Below are positions 8,431 through 18,495 of a DNA stretch of 31,490 nucleotides, one piece after another. The notes beneath the pieces are model-generated. The model made no database searches, had not been told where the DNA came from, and worked only from the letters and a program-made list of their open reading frames with translations. Made by a program: the position numbers and the translations under genes. Source of the DNA: Halalkalibacterium halodurans (GTDB lineage: Bacteria > Bacillota > Bacilli > Bacillales > Bacillaceae_D); NCBI RefSeq assembly GCF_004376175.1, contig NZ_SNUY01000048.1:998-32487 (forward strand). Direction: 5' to 3'. Within the stretch, counting starts at the first letter, position 1, and every line of letters begins with the position of its first letter.

Positions 8431-9759
8431 ATGACAGAAGGTATTAAGATTGCGACGATTGGTGGGGGTTCAAGCTACACGCCTGAACTTGTTGAAGGAT
8501 TTATTAAACGCTATGATGAGCTGCCGGTTCGTGAACTATGGCTCGTCGATATTGAGGAAGGCAAAGAAAAAATGGAGATCGTCGGGAACCTTGCGAAGCG
8601 CATGGTTCAAAAAGCGGGTCTACCGATTGACATTCATCTAACCCTTGATCGAAGAGAAGCGTTAAAAGGAGCCGATTTCGTTACGACGCAATTTCGAGTG
8701 GGCTTGCTGGATGCGCGGGCAAAGGATGAGCGAATTCCATTAAAGTATGGCGTGCTCGGTCAAGAGACGAACGGGCCAGGCGGCTTGTTTAAAGGGCTGC
8801 GCACGATTCCGGTTATTCTTGACATTTGCCGTGACATGGAGGAGCTGTGTCCGGATGCATGGCTTATCAACTTTACGAATCCAGCGGGTATGGTGACAGA
8901 AGCAGTCTTACGTTATGCCAATATTAAAAAAGTCGTCGGGCTATGCAATGTTCCCATCGGGATCGAAATGGGTGTCGCCAAACTGCTTGATGTGGATCAC
9001 TCGCGCATTCGCATTGACTTTGCCGGCTTGAACCATATGGTGTACGGACTCGATGTTTATTTAGACGGTGTCAGTGTAAAAGACAAAGTGATTGAGATGA
9101 TCACAGATCCGAACAATAGTAGTTTCGTCAAAAACATCGACGGGCTCGGCTGGGAGCCATCCTTTATCAAAGCGCTCGGCGTCCTCACATGCCCATACCA
9201 TATGTATTATTACAAGTCACGGGAAATGGTCGAAAAGGATTTGAAAAAAGCTGAAGAGGAAGGCACACGGGCTGAAGTCGTCCAACGCTTAGAAAAAGAA
9301 CTGTTTGAGCTGTATAAGGACCCGAATCTGGACATCAAGCCACCGCAGCTCGAAGAACGAGGCGGAGCCTATTACTCTGATGCCGCCGTCCGCTTAATCC
9401 ATTCGATTTATACAGATCGACGAGATATTCAACCCGTGAATACGATGAATCGTGGGGCAATCGCAAGCATCCCGAGCGACTCAGCGGTGGAAGTGAGTTG
9501 TGTCATCACAAAGGATGGACCGAAGCCGATCGCGATGGGAGATTTGCCAGTCCCGGTCCGCGGACTCGTTCAGCAAATTAAGTCGTTTGAACGGGTAGCA
9601 GCAGAAGCGGCCGTTACTGGCGATTATGATCTTACGGTTCTGGCGATGACGATCAATCCATTAAGTCCATCGGACACGATCGCGAAACAAATCGTTGATG
9701 ACATGCTTGAGGCACACAAGGAGCACTTGCCGCAATTTTTCAACGAAGTTCAAGCGTAA
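8431..9759 (+). CDS. licH: GH4 6-phospho-beta-glucosidase (LicH/CelF type, NAD and Mn dependent), 442 aa
   Basis: The N-terminal KIATIGGGSSYTPELVEGFIKRYDELPVRELWLVDI matches B. subtilis LicH closely as I recall it, and the length is the same. RBS is GGAGGTG. Confidence 0.92.
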   Translation: MTEGIKIATIGGGSSYTPELVEGFIKRYDELPVRELWLVDIEEGKEKMEIVGNLAKRMVQKAGLPIDIHLTLDRREALKGADFVTTQFRVGLLDARAKDERIPLKYGVLGQETNGPGGLFKGLRTIPVILDICRDMEELCPDAWLINFTNPAGMVTEAVLRYANIKKVVGLCNVPIGIEMGVAKLLDVDHSRIRIDFAGLNHMVYGLDVYLDGVSVKDKVIEMITDPNNSSFVKNIDGLGWEPSFIKALGVLTCPYHMYYYKSREMVEKDLKKAEEEGTRAEVVQRLEKELFELYKDPNLDIKPPQLEERGGAYYSDAAVRLIHSIYTDRRDIQPVNTMNRGAIASIPSDSAVEVSCVITKDGPKPIAMGDLPVPVRGLVQQIKSFERVAAEAAVTGDYDLTVLAMTINPLSPSDTIAKQIVDDMLEAHKEHLPQFFNEVQA

Positions 9760-9767
9760 TAAAGGAG

Positions 9768-9794
9768 AGGGGCTGTTCATGTTGAGCAGCCCCT
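9768..9794. terminator. Bidirectional hairpin terminator
   Basis: AGGGGCTG (9768-9775) pairs with CAGCCCCT (9787-9794), followed by T-rich sequence on the plus strand. Confidence 0.7.
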
Positions 9795-9961
9795 GTTTCT
9801 CGTATGAAAGAGATGTCCAGCTCCAAGAGCTCTCCGTAATTCTTTTAACTCCGTGGCCTTCCCCCCTTATTCATTTCGCTCTACTTTTAGGACAAAATCG
9901 AGCAAATGATGATCCTCGATCGGAATTTTCGCCTTTACATCGAACGTCCCATTGTCAATGA

Positions 9962-11053
9962 TCAGCAAATGAGCGTCGGCTCCTTTCTCGCGTAAATAAA
10001 TCCATTTACGACATGGTCATAATAAAGGATCTCGTAGATAGCGTCCTTTTGAATATAGTCTTTTTCCAAGGCTTGAAACGTAGGGTTTTCGCCAAATGTA
10101 AGCAGACCGAGGGTAACCCCGTCCTCCTCACTCTGGACAAGATATAAGGCTTTGTTTTCTTCGAGAAAAACAGTTCCTTCGCCCTCAAAGTAATACATAT
10201 CTTGATGTGGGAGGTGGTGAAACGGATAGGTGGCGTGATACCGGAACTCACGATCGTAAACAAACAACGTTCCCTCCTCACTTAAAATATAAGCATAATC
10301 ATCATCCGCATAAAGGGGGTAGAGATCTTGTCCCCCTAGTTGAAAATCTTCGTAGGTGACGTTCTCCTTCGCCATATCGACAATCCCAATCCCTGCGTTC
10401 TCATAGTGCCCTTCTTGATTGAAACGACCGCTAAGGCCGTATATGATCCTTTCCTGAAACCCTAACAGTGGTGCACTTTTGGGTACAAAATCTGGCTCTG
10501 TTTCAAAGCTTTGTTCCGTTGTTGCATTGGAAAGAGAAACACTAAACGTGTCAGAATCGATATTTTGCTCACTCGTTTTGTGGGAGACGGCTGTATCAAA
10601 TAACACCTCTTCCCCGTAGTGCTCAAGGTTTTGCACGCCAACGTTAGATGAAAAATAATCGAGCTCAACTTTTTCAAAGGAAAGGCGCTGTAAGTCAAAC
10701 GTATAATAGTAATTATCAGACGTGGCCTCCCCAAATAACGAAACGTACAGGGTATCCATATCCGTTGGCTTTTGGTGGATAAACATACGACGAAACTTGT
10801 CATCAACAATTTCAAACTCCTCAACGATCTCCCCATTCTCGTTTATAGCTTTCACAATAGTGGCGTCTTGGTTGACTCGGATGTCAGCCGGATAGAATAG
10901 TAAATAGTCGCTCTCCTCATTTGTTAAAAGATCGAGATGAAACTGCTCGATTCCTTCGACTTGAACTCTTTCCAGTTGGACTTTCGTCTTTGCCACCGCA
11001 ATGATCACGATAAGTAAAAGCCCGCTTATTAATAGTAATCGATACCACTTCAT
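9962..11053 (-). CDS. Membrane-anchored or secreted protein of unknown function, 363 aa (the C-terminus may be frameshifted)
   Basis: N-terminal TM/signal anchor MKWYRLLLISGLLLIVIIAVA. RBS is AGGGAG. I do not recognise a family. An alternative frame stays open for 49 codons to 9867 past the annotated stop. Confidence 0.7.
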   Translation of the reverse strand: MKWYRLLLISGLLLIVIIAVAKTKVQLERVQVEGIEQFHLDLLTNEESDYLLFYPADIRVNQDATIVKAINENGEIVEEFEIVDDKFRRMFIHQKPTDMDTLYVSLFGEATSDNYYYTFDLQRLSFEKVELDYFSSNVGVQNLEHYGEEVLFDTAVSHKTSEQNIDSDTFSVSLSNATTEQSFETEPDFVPKSAPLLGFQERIIYGLSGRFNQEGHYENAGIGIVDMAKENVTYEDFQLGGQDLYPLYADDDYAYILSEEGTLFVYDREFRYHATYPFHHLPHQDMYYFEGEGTVFLEENKALYLVQSEEDGVTLGLLTFGENPTFQALEKDYIQKDAIYEILYYDHVVNGFIYARKEPTLIC

Positions 11054-11288
11054 GCGATTGGTTCTCCCTGACGTGGGCTTACATTACAAAATGGATGGAC
11101 ATGGTTCACAACATTCTCTCCTAGTATTGTTTTTAATTTATATTACTATAAAACGAAGGGGAATGGGAAAAAGTTCTAGAATACTAGAAAGTAGCTTCAA
11201 AAGGAGGAAAAATCGTGATGATCCCAAACAATGCATCGAAGCTTTATCGGAAAGATAGGATCGTGAAGGACCCCAAAAGGAGATCAAT

Positions 11289-11528
11289 ATGGAATTATTA
11301 TTGCAACTAAGCCTATTTGTCCTCTTGATCATCATCATAAATTTTGTCATGAAACAATTTGGTAAAAGGGGTTCCCTGTTCGTTTTGGTTATACTTTTTG
11401 CTAGTTTAATCACTTTAATAATAGGGATCAATGGTGTTGCGGATCGTTCTTTTTGGTTGATCATTTTGTTCGCTTCAATTCCTCTATCTATAGGAATTAC
11501 ACAACTCATAAAGAAGCAGAAGGACTAA
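11289..11528 (+). CDS. Small integral membrane protein, 79 aa
   Basis: RBS AAAGGAG 7 nt upstream. Three hydrophobic segments. Confidence 0.6.
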   Translation: MELLLQLSLFVLLIIIINFVMKQFGKRGSLFVLVILFASLITLIIGINGVADRSFWLIILFASIPLSIGITQLIKKQKD

Positions 11529-11595
11529 AAAATCTCTATTGTTTTACATTTCTTTTTGTTGATGAAAGCTAATAGAGTAAATAAAATAAACAACA

Positions 11596-11633
11596 GCCCT
11601 CATCACCTCCTCACAGGCAATGAGGGCTTTTCT
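11596..11633. terminator. Bidirectional terminator between convergent genes
   Basis: GCCCTCAT (11596-11603) pairs with ATGAGGGC (11620-11627), followed by TTTT on the plus strand. The minus strand is also T-rich after the stem. Confidence 0.7.
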
Positions 11634-11635
11634 CG

Positions 11636-12982
11636 TTAATTCTTGGCTGCCTGTCTGTGAAAGACTGCTTCACTTGCAGCTAGGACTTTGTTTCGTAAGC
11701 CGTCCAGGTCATCGAATAACAGCTTGCCGTGTCGTTTAACGGGTCGGCCTGCGATGAAGACTGAATCTACGTTTTCAGGCCTCGCGCTTTGGACAACCGC
11801 ACCAACAGGCTCATGATTGAGCGGGAACAGGTTGAACGACGCTGGGTTGATCAAGAGAAGGTCTGCCTCTTTCCCTACGTCAAGGGTTCCGATTTTATCG
11901 TCTAGCTTGAGGGCTTTTGCACCGTTCAGTGTGGCGAACGTTAACACGTCGTTCGTTGTCATCTTCAGCTGCTCCGGCATTTCTCCGCGGTCGAGTCGTT
12001 GTTCATTTTGCCACGCTCGTTCGGCTTGAAGGGCGAACTTCATCTGAGCGAACATATCACCTGCGGTAGCAACGACAACATCGACGCCGAGGGTGACTAG
12101 GCCACGGTGCTTATGGAGGTGACCGGTGGCTGGATAGCCGTGCCCCATCATCATTTCCACTTCAGGGGTGACGGATAGGGAGGCGCCGCTTTCCGCAATG
12201 TATTCATACTCATGTGGTTGGATTCGGTTCACATGGACGAGGTTTAAGTCCGAATCGAGCAAGCCGGCATCACGCATACGGGTGATGGAACGGTCATGAG
12301 GGCCCCACGTACCGAATCCGATGTGCATCGACGCGATGGCATCAAGTTCTCTCGCTAGCTGGATATCATCAAGGGTGACCTCCCATGAGCTGAATTCCGG
12401 TCCGCGAATCGCTAACGCCATGGTCAGCAGCTGATCGTCCGACTGAAAATATTCTTTTTTTACCCGCTTTGCGTCTTTCGGGTGTCTCACTTCACTGTCA
12501 CGGGACCAATACGCCTCATACCCTGGGGTGCCATGGGCGAAGACGGCACGAATGCCAGCTGCTTGAAGTCCTTTGATGGACGCGTCGGCGTGCTCAGGGG
12601 TCTCGAGCATGGACCAATCGAGCACCGTGGTCACCCCTGCATCAATCGCTTCGAGAGCGCCCCAAAGGTTGGCAATATAGGAGTCTTCAGGGGTTAGCAT
12701 TGATCCTAGATTACCGTAATATAATTTGTCTAAATAGGTGAGCAAGGTCCAGTCTGTGCCGATGTGACGGAGTAGTGACTCCCATACGTGCCGATGCGTA
12801 TCGACAAAGCCTGGCATGACGATTTTACCCTCGGCGTCGATGATTTCTGTATCGACTTCTGGTTCGATGTTTGGGCGGATGTCCCGAATCCACTTGCCTT
12901 CGATCAGGATGTCTTTTGCTTGTGGTTTGTGGTTTCCTTTCATGTCTAACACAAGTCCGTTTTTAATTAATTGCTGTTTCAT
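11636..12982 (-). CDS. Amidohydrolase-superfamily metallohydrolase (TRZ/ATZ / deaminase-like), 448 aa from ATG 12982
   Basis: Motifs: MPGFVDTHRHVWES (HxH metal motif), internal His residues and the C-terminal GTLDVGKEADL. RBS GGGGAGGA precedes the ATG at 12982. The track start at 13006 is an upstream extension. Confidence 0.85.
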   Translation of the reverse strand: MKQQLIKNGLVLDMKGNHKPQAKDILIEGKWIRDIRPNIEPEVDTEIIDAEGKIVMPGFVDTHRHVWESLLRHIGTDWTLLTYLDKLYYGNLGSMLTPEDSYIANLWGALEAIDAGVTTVLDWSMLETPEHADASIKGLQAAGIRAVFAHGTPGYEAYWSRDSEVRHPKDAKRVKKEYFQSDDQLLTMALAIRGPEFSSWEVTLDDIQLARELDAIASMHIGFGTWGPHDRSITRMRDAGLLDSDLNLVHVNRIQPHEYEYIAESGASLSVTPEVEMMMGHGYPATGHLHKHRGLVTLGVDVVVATAGDMFAQMKFALQAERAWQNEQRLDRGEMPEQLKMTTNDVLTFATLNGAKALKLDDKIGTLDVGKEADLLLINPASFNLFPLNHEPVGAVVQSARPENVDSVFIAGRPVKRHGKLLFDDLDGLRNKVLAASEAVFHRQAAKN

Positions 12983-13154
12983 AAAGAAATCCTCCCCTTG
13001 AATCAATTGCTTCGTTCGCCTCGATTCCGCCAGTTGGCGATGACTGATCCCCCTTTCCTAATCATTTCAACTAAAACGAGACGCGCATCGTGTACTCTAT
13101 ACCCGTTTTTGACTTCTTTATCCCATTTATTTTGTAAAAATGGTAGAAAGATAG

Positions 13155-13185
13155 AAAACCCTTGATCAAATCAATCGATCAAGGG
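13155..13185 (-). terminator. Rho-independent terminator of the DinB-family gene
   Basis: CCCTTGATC (13159-13167) pairs with GATCAAGGG (13177-13185). On the minus strand the stem is followed by TTTTCT. Confidence 0.7.
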
Positions 13186-13196
13186 CTCTGAATTGT

Positions 13197-13739
<543 letters not shown>

Positions 13740-13784
13740 TTATATGAAATGTCTACGTAAAGTATAAACGTAAATGGGGTGAAA

Positions 13785-13818
13785 GAAAAAAAGGAAGCCT
13801 TGTGTAACCTTAGCTTCC
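13785..13818 (-). terminator. Rho-independent terminator of the lactate permease gene
   Basis: On the minus strand, GGAAGC ... GCTTCC is followed by TTTTTTTT (plus-strand A-run at 13785-13792). Confidence 0.65.
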
Positions 13819-13828
13819 AAAGTAGGAG

Positions 13829-15478
13829 TCACATCAACAACCCAATCACGCCTGCTAACCCCGCGTAAATCATCATCGGGATGAGCGTCATGCGGATGAT
13901 GAGCCCTTCTTTTCCAACCAAGCCAACGACAGAGGCTGCTGCAACAACATTAACAACACAGATCATATTACCAGCGTTTGCCCCCATTACTTGCAGGGCA
14001 ACCACTTGCGTTGGATCAGCACCAATTTGATCGGCAACAGAAAATTGGAAAAGGGAGAACATCATGTTGCTAAATGTGGCACTACCCGAAATGAAGGAAC
14101 CGAGAGCGCCAATGAAAGGGGCGACGAGTGGCCAGCTACCACCAAGAAGTTCGGCTGCTTGATTGGCAAGCTCCACCGGCATGCTCTCAAGACCAGCGTT
14201 GTTCACTCCGGAATTGATGAAAAGCCTCACCATTGGAACGGCTGTAAATAGAGTCACAGCGGTACCGATCAACGTTTTGCAAGAAGTTGAAATAGCACTA
14301 GCAAAAGCATCTTTACGAATCTTATGGAGGAAAAATGTGATAAGAACGACAAGTATAAAAACGGTCCCTGGTAAATAGAACGGCTGGAAGGTAGCTGAAA
14401 TCGTCGTACCTAAAATATGGTTCCAGCCGATACGGACGCTCATGAGCCATTGCTTCACAGGAAGGACATCCAGTCGGGTAAGGACTAAAAGGAGTCCAAG
14501 CAGCAAATAAGGGACCCATGCAAGCAAAAGGGACATCGGTTTCGGTCGGTCATCTAGCTTGACCGTGAGACTTCCAAGCCACTCTGGAGACCATTGATCT
14601 TGTGGTGGAAAATCCCACGTTTCTTTTGGCATGAACCAACCTTTTTGAACTGCCGTTAAAACGAGAAGAAGTCCAACAGCACCTCCAACAATCGATGGGA
14701 ATTCCGGCCCTAGCAAAAATGCGACAATGAGTGCTGGTACGGTGAAGCTAAACCCTGCAAAGAGGGCAAATTTCCACACCTCAAACCCTTTTTTCCACGA
14801 TTTTGTTTCGCCAAAAAAACGGGTTAATACTAAGATCAAAATGAGCGGCATTAGCGTCCCGACGATGACGTCAATTTGCATCACTTGTGCAGCTAACTGC
14901 CGTAAATAATCGGTCATGGACATCTCTGATAGGTAAGGGGTGGTGACAGCGGCAAGCTCAGCCCCTTCCTGCAAACCTTGCTGTACGCCAACGACGATGG
15001 GCGTCCCCACCGCCCCAAACGAAACTGGGCTGCTATCGGCAATCAAGGCAAGAACAACGGCTGCAAGCGGCGGGAAACCTACGGCGACAAGTAATGGGGC
15101 AGCAATAGCCGCTGGCGTACCAAAACCAGCGGCCCCTTCAATAAAGGCACCAAATAGCCAAGCAATTAATATTACCTGAATCCGTCGATCTGGAGTCACA
15201 TTCATTAAAAAGGAACGAATGGAATCGATGGCCCCGCTAGCTTGGAGCGTATTTAATAAAAGGATCGCTCCGAAGACAATATATAAAATCGAAACACCAA
15301 TCATAATCCCTTCGATGATCGAAGCGGAAATGTGGACCACAGGGACTTTCCAATAAGCAAATGCTAAAATAGCGGTTACGAGTAAACTAATCGGCATCGC
15401 TTTCATTGCCGGCATGCGAAGCAACACAAGAAACAACATGACCGATAAAATCGGTGTTAATGCAATAACGGTCACCAT
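13829..15478 (-). CDS. lctP: L-lactate permease (LctP family), 549 aa
   Basis: Polytopic membrane protein with the LctP-family core [53 protein letters not shown] is AAGGGGGAAG. Confidence 0.9.
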   Translation of the reverse strand: MVTVIALTPILSVMLFLVLLRMPAMKAMPISLLVTAILAFAYWKVPVVHISASIIEGIMIGVSILYIVFGAILLLNTLQASGAIDSIRSFLMNVTPDRRIQVILIAWLFGAFIEGAAGFGTPAAIAAPLLVAVGFPPLAAVVLALIADSSPVSFGAVGTPIVVGVQQGLQEGAELAAVTTPYLSEMSMTDYLRQLAAQVMQIDVIVGTLMPLILILVLTRFFGETKSWKKGFEVWKFALFAGFSFTVPALIVAFLLGPEFPSIVGGAVGLLLVLTAVQKGWFMPKETWDFPPQDQWSPEWLGSLTVKLDDRPKPMSLLLAWVPYLLLGLLLVLTRLDVLPVKQWLMSVRIGWNHILGTTISATFQPFYLPGTVFILVVLITFFLHKIRKDAFASAISTSCKTLIGTAVTLFTAVPMVRLFINSGVNNAGLESMPVELANQAAELLGGSWPLVAPFIGALGSFISGSATFSNMMFSLFQFSVADQIGADPTQVVALQVMGANAGNMICVVNVVAAASVVGLVGKEGLIIRMTLIPMMIYAGLAGVIGLLM

Positions 15479-15546
15479 CTGACTTCCCCCTTAACCTCTC
15501 TATAACTTTCTTACTACCTAAAGTGTACCACGAGTTTGCTCAATAT

Positions 15547-15577
15547 TTCACAAAGTGTTGTGAACGATTTCGCACAA
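15547..15577. promoter_or_regulatory. Rex-like operator candidate upstream of lctP
   Basis: The sequence is TTCACAAagtgTTGTGAAcgatTTCGCAC. The 3' part, TTGTGAA-N4-TTCGCAC, is close to the Gram-positive Rex box TTGTGAA-N4-TTCACAA. The 5' part is a perfect 7-bp inverted repeat. The site lies 70-100 bp upstream of the lctP start. Confidence 0.4.
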
Positions 15578-15669
15578 AGCACAATTTCACCATTTCGGTT
15601 TTATTTGTAGGGGAGTGTAAAAAATTGACGTTTAAGCAGTACAATATAGTGAGAAAGGATGGTTACGTA

Positions 15670-16422
15670 ATGATAACGACTTATTTCAATAAAATCGAAG
15701 AAATACTGGAAATCGTATTACAAATAGAAGAGGATTCATTAAAACAAGCTGCAGAAAAGGTAGCTGAAAGCATTCAAAATGGGGGAATTATCCAACTGTT
15801 TGGCTGTGGTCATTCGCACCTATTAACAGAGGAAGTGTTTTATCGCGCGGGAGGGCTCGTGCCGATCAAACCGATTCTTGTGGAGCCTTTAATGTTACAC
15901 GAAGGAGCTGTGCGTTCATCCAAGCTGGAACGGCAAAATGATTACGCCGATTGGTTTTTGCAGGATCAGGATCTTCAGGCGAACGATGTATTGATCGTTT
16001 TATCAACCTCGGGGCGTAACCCTGTACCCGTGGATGTGGCGGCGTACGGTAAAGAAAAAGGAGCCTTTGTCATTGGGGTTACGTCACTCGAATATTCCAA
16101 AAGCCAGCCGTCACGACATAAAAGTGGAAAGCATCTGTATAATTCAGTCGATCTCGTCATTAACAATCATTCGGTTAAGGGAGATGCCGTGCTTTCATAC
16201 GAAAAGGTTCAAGTACCCTTTGCCCCGACTTCGACGGTTGTAGGAGCAACGATCTTAAATAGCATGTTTGCAGAAGCGATCAAAAGGATGGCCGACAACG
16301 GTTATGAACCACCCATTTTCTTAAGTGGGAACATCGATGGTGCTGATGATCATAACCAACTATTAATTGAGCGTTACCAAAAACGAATTCCCCTATTAGC
16401 GTTAGATAGGGATGAGGCCTAA
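15670..16422 (+). CDS. SIS-domain protein (UPF0309-like sugar-phosphate isomerase/binding protein), 250 aa from ATG 15670
   Basis: Motifs: LFGCGHSHLL and VLSTSGRNPVPVD. The ATG at 15670 is preceded by AAAGGA. The upstream part of ORF 15523-16422 looks non-coding. Confidence 0.8.
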   Translation: MITTYFNKIEEILEIVLQIEEDSLKQAAEKVAESIQNGGIIQLFGCGHSHLLTEEVFYRAGGLVPIKPILVEPLMLHEGAVRSSKLERQNDYADWFLQDQDLQANDVLIVLSTSGRNPVPVDVAAYGKEKGAFVIGVTSLEYSKSQPSRHKSGKHLYNSVDLVINNHSVKGDAVLSYEKVQVPFAPTSTVVGATILNSMFAEAIKRMADNGYEPPIFLSGNIDGADDHNQLLIERYQKRIPLLALDRDEA

Positions 16423-16626
16423 AGTAAATGTTAGTTTAATCTAGTTGTAATTTCCGGTCCATTGCTTGGAATTCCCTTGACAGAACGAAGAATGCCCAAT
16501 CCCACTTGTTTATGTGTTTGCAGGACACAATACATTTTCATCTATTCGATCTTTGAAGAGTTACTCGAATTTTTTGGATGGTAATTGGGAACCTATGTAG
16601 ATACATGAATAAAGGAGTGAATTGGA

Positions 16627-16914
16627 ATGGGGGATTTGTGCAGAAAAGTGCCAGATCATGCCGTACAAATCATTAAAGAGCGATGTCGTGTAGTTAACCT
16701 ATGTCACTATATTACACCGACATCCACATTTTTTCGCAATGACAATCGGGATCAAGAGATTTGTGAAATCGTCCGAAAAGCAGCTGCCATTTGGTGTGGT
16801 GCAGGCATTGAGTTTAATGTAAATCGTATCGAGGAACTGCAACACGTGCTAACAGAGCCGCCATTCAATGAGTTAGTAGCTGAAGATTTCCCTTGTGAGG
16901 ATCATATTGGAGAT
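16627..16914 (+). pseudogene. Metzincin-like zinc metalloprotease gene, 5' fragment (interrupted by an IS)
   Basis: The ORF ends in a stop codon created inside the IS terminus (…EDHIGD|H*). Removing the IS and one TSD copy joins it in frame to 18496 onward (…EDHIGDRIPHLLATRPG…). Confidence 0.8.
16906..16914. repeat. Target-site duplication, left copy (ATTGGAGAT)
   Basis: An identical 9-mer lies directly outside both IS ends (16906-16914 and 18487-18495). Confidence 0.9.
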
Positions 16915-18486
16915 CACTAGCGTTGCACAAAAAAGTGAAGACAAAGTCAAGGGTACAGAAATGGAATATTATTGATAATTATTCCATTTTATAACTTTAC
17001 GAAATATTCAGTTTTATTTTTTTCTTGGTAATCAAGTCAAAAGGATAAGGGGGGTCTGTTTGAAGGTAGTCCTTATCCAATTTTTTACAAATTAGTAGAT
17101 AGGGTCATAACTTAGGTCGTTTAAATGTTGGGTATCACCATCTTCAAATTGTGCTAAGGTTTCGTTGAAAATCCGGTCATGATCAAGTCGCCTTCGACCC
17201 TTTGATGATCGCTTGGGCTTTTTAAATAGCTCCTTTAGAAAAACAGAGAAGCTTCTCCACCAATATTCTTTTATAAACTCAAGCATCTCAAGGAGAGTTC
17301 CTTGATAACGCACTTTCTTCTTCATTAATAAAGTTAAACAGAAAGTAATCATGGCGATATAGACTTGGTTGTAAACGGCATTGGCGCTCTTTCCATAACA
17401 TTTTTTCAGAACCATATGCTGCTTCATCCATTTGAAGAACAACTCGATTTGCCAGCGGCTTCGATAAAGATCACTGATTTCCTCTGCGCTCATCTTTGCA
17501 TCATTTATGATAATCGAGATCTTGTTTCCTTGACTGTCCAGCGTTTCAATCAATCGTAGAGGGTATTTCATTTTTCCTAGCTTGACCACCGCCTCACGAA
17601 GAATATCGGAAGATGGGTCCACAGGCAGTTCTTCAATAACCTTGATGACCGTGTTATCTTTTATTCGAGTACAAAACCGAACGTTATTTTTACAGTAATC
17701 GTCAAACTTATCGAAATCGAAATATCCCCGATCAAATACGTGAAGGGCATCCTTTTCGATGACCATCAAGGCATCCAGTTGTGTGGAATCTGCCCGCCTG
17801 GCAGGGGTGATGATGATCTTATCCGGGGAAATCTCCCCTTCATGAATAACGACACGGGTATGTATTTTCACTCCCGCTTTTGTATTTCGGAAATGAGCCC
17901 ATCGATACTGGCTAAGACAAAAAGAGATGGTAGTAGAATCAATGAGATGGATTTTGCCTAATAAAGCATTTCCCTTTTCCTTCCCGAATTCCCGGTGGAT
18001 CTGTTGGACTAAATGATGAAGGATGGATTCAAAAATCTCTGGTGGCAAATCAGAAAGTTTACGGGATAATTGGGATTTACTGATGCTTTTTAATCCAAGT
18101 TCTTTTTGTAATTTTTTCTTATGCCGCACTTTAAAACTAATTTCCTTTAGACTTGATAACTGTTTCAATTGAGCATAAATAAAGAGTTTGATAAAGGTGA
18201 GGCTATCTAGTTTTTTAACATATTTATCCACTTGCATTTGATCAATGATTTTAGAAATGACTTTCATGTCTGTCGGTTGAATGTATTCCTTAAAAACCGT
18301 TTTTGTGTTATTCTTGTCCATAGGTTTACTCCTTATAATTAGGATATGGACAGGACTTCGTACCTTCTGTCATCTAATTATAAGGATTTTTTTATGAAGT
18401 TGAAGACTAGTATTTACCATAAATTCAATAAAATTGAATTTAATTACACCTTGACAAATCTTTTTTTATTTAATGCAACGCTAGTG
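16915..18486 (-). mobile_element. IS4-family insertion sequence, copy B (1572 bp), inserted into the metalloprotease-like gene
   Basis: Perfect 13-bp inverted repeats: CACTAGCGTTGCA (16915-16927) and TGCAACGCTAGTG (18474-18486). It carries a single transposase ORF and is flanked by the 9-bp direct repeat ATTGGAGAT. Confidence 0.92.
17092..18321 (-). CDS. IS4-family DDE transposase (409 aa)
   Basis: Motifs: HLIDSTT, HVFDRGYFDF and YRSRWQIELFFKWMKQ (YREK signature). RBS is AAGGAG. It is a paralogue of the copy A transposase, not identical to it. Confidence 0.92.
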   Translation of the reverse strand: MDKNNTKTVFKEYIQPTDMKVISKIIDQMQVDKYVKKLDSLTFIKLFIYAQLKQLSSLKEISFKVRHKKKLQKELGLKSISKSQLSRKLSDLPPEIFESILHHLVQQIHREFGKEKGNALLGKIHLIDSTTISFCLSQYRWAHFRNTKAGVKIHTRVVIHEGEISPDKIIITPARRADSTQLDALMVIEKDALHVFDRGYFDFDKFDDYCKNNVRFCTRIKDNTVIKVIEELPVDPSSDILREAVVKLGKMKYPLRLIETLDSQGNKISIIINDAKMSAEEISDLYRSRWQIELFFKWMKQHMVLKKCYGKSANAVYNQVYIAMITFCLTLLMKKKVRYQGTLLEMLEFIKEYWWRSFSVFLKELFKKPKRSSKGRRRLDHDRIFNETLAQFEDGDTQHLNDLSYDPIY

Positions 18487-18495
18487 ATTGGAGAT
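18487..18495. repeat. Target-site duplication, right copy (ATTGGAGAT)
   Basis: See 16906-16914. Confidence 0.9.

Noticed and set aside
9695-9961. 88-aa plus-strand ORF overlapping the GH4 3' end and the terminator
   Set aside because: It crosses the terminator hairpin and has no RBS. This region is better explained by the minus-strand extension frame.
10006-11509. ORFs 10006-10281, 10462-10836, 11001-11258 and 11138-11509
   Set aside because: They are alternative-frame or antisense shadows of the 363-aa gene and the small membrane protein gene. None has a start context.
18346-18486. First 47 codons of ORF 18346-18945 (MDRTSYLLSSNYKDFFMKLKTS…)
   Set aside because: They lie inside the IS end, so this is a read-out artefact. 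The real coding sequence of the disrupted gene resumes at the target-site duplication.
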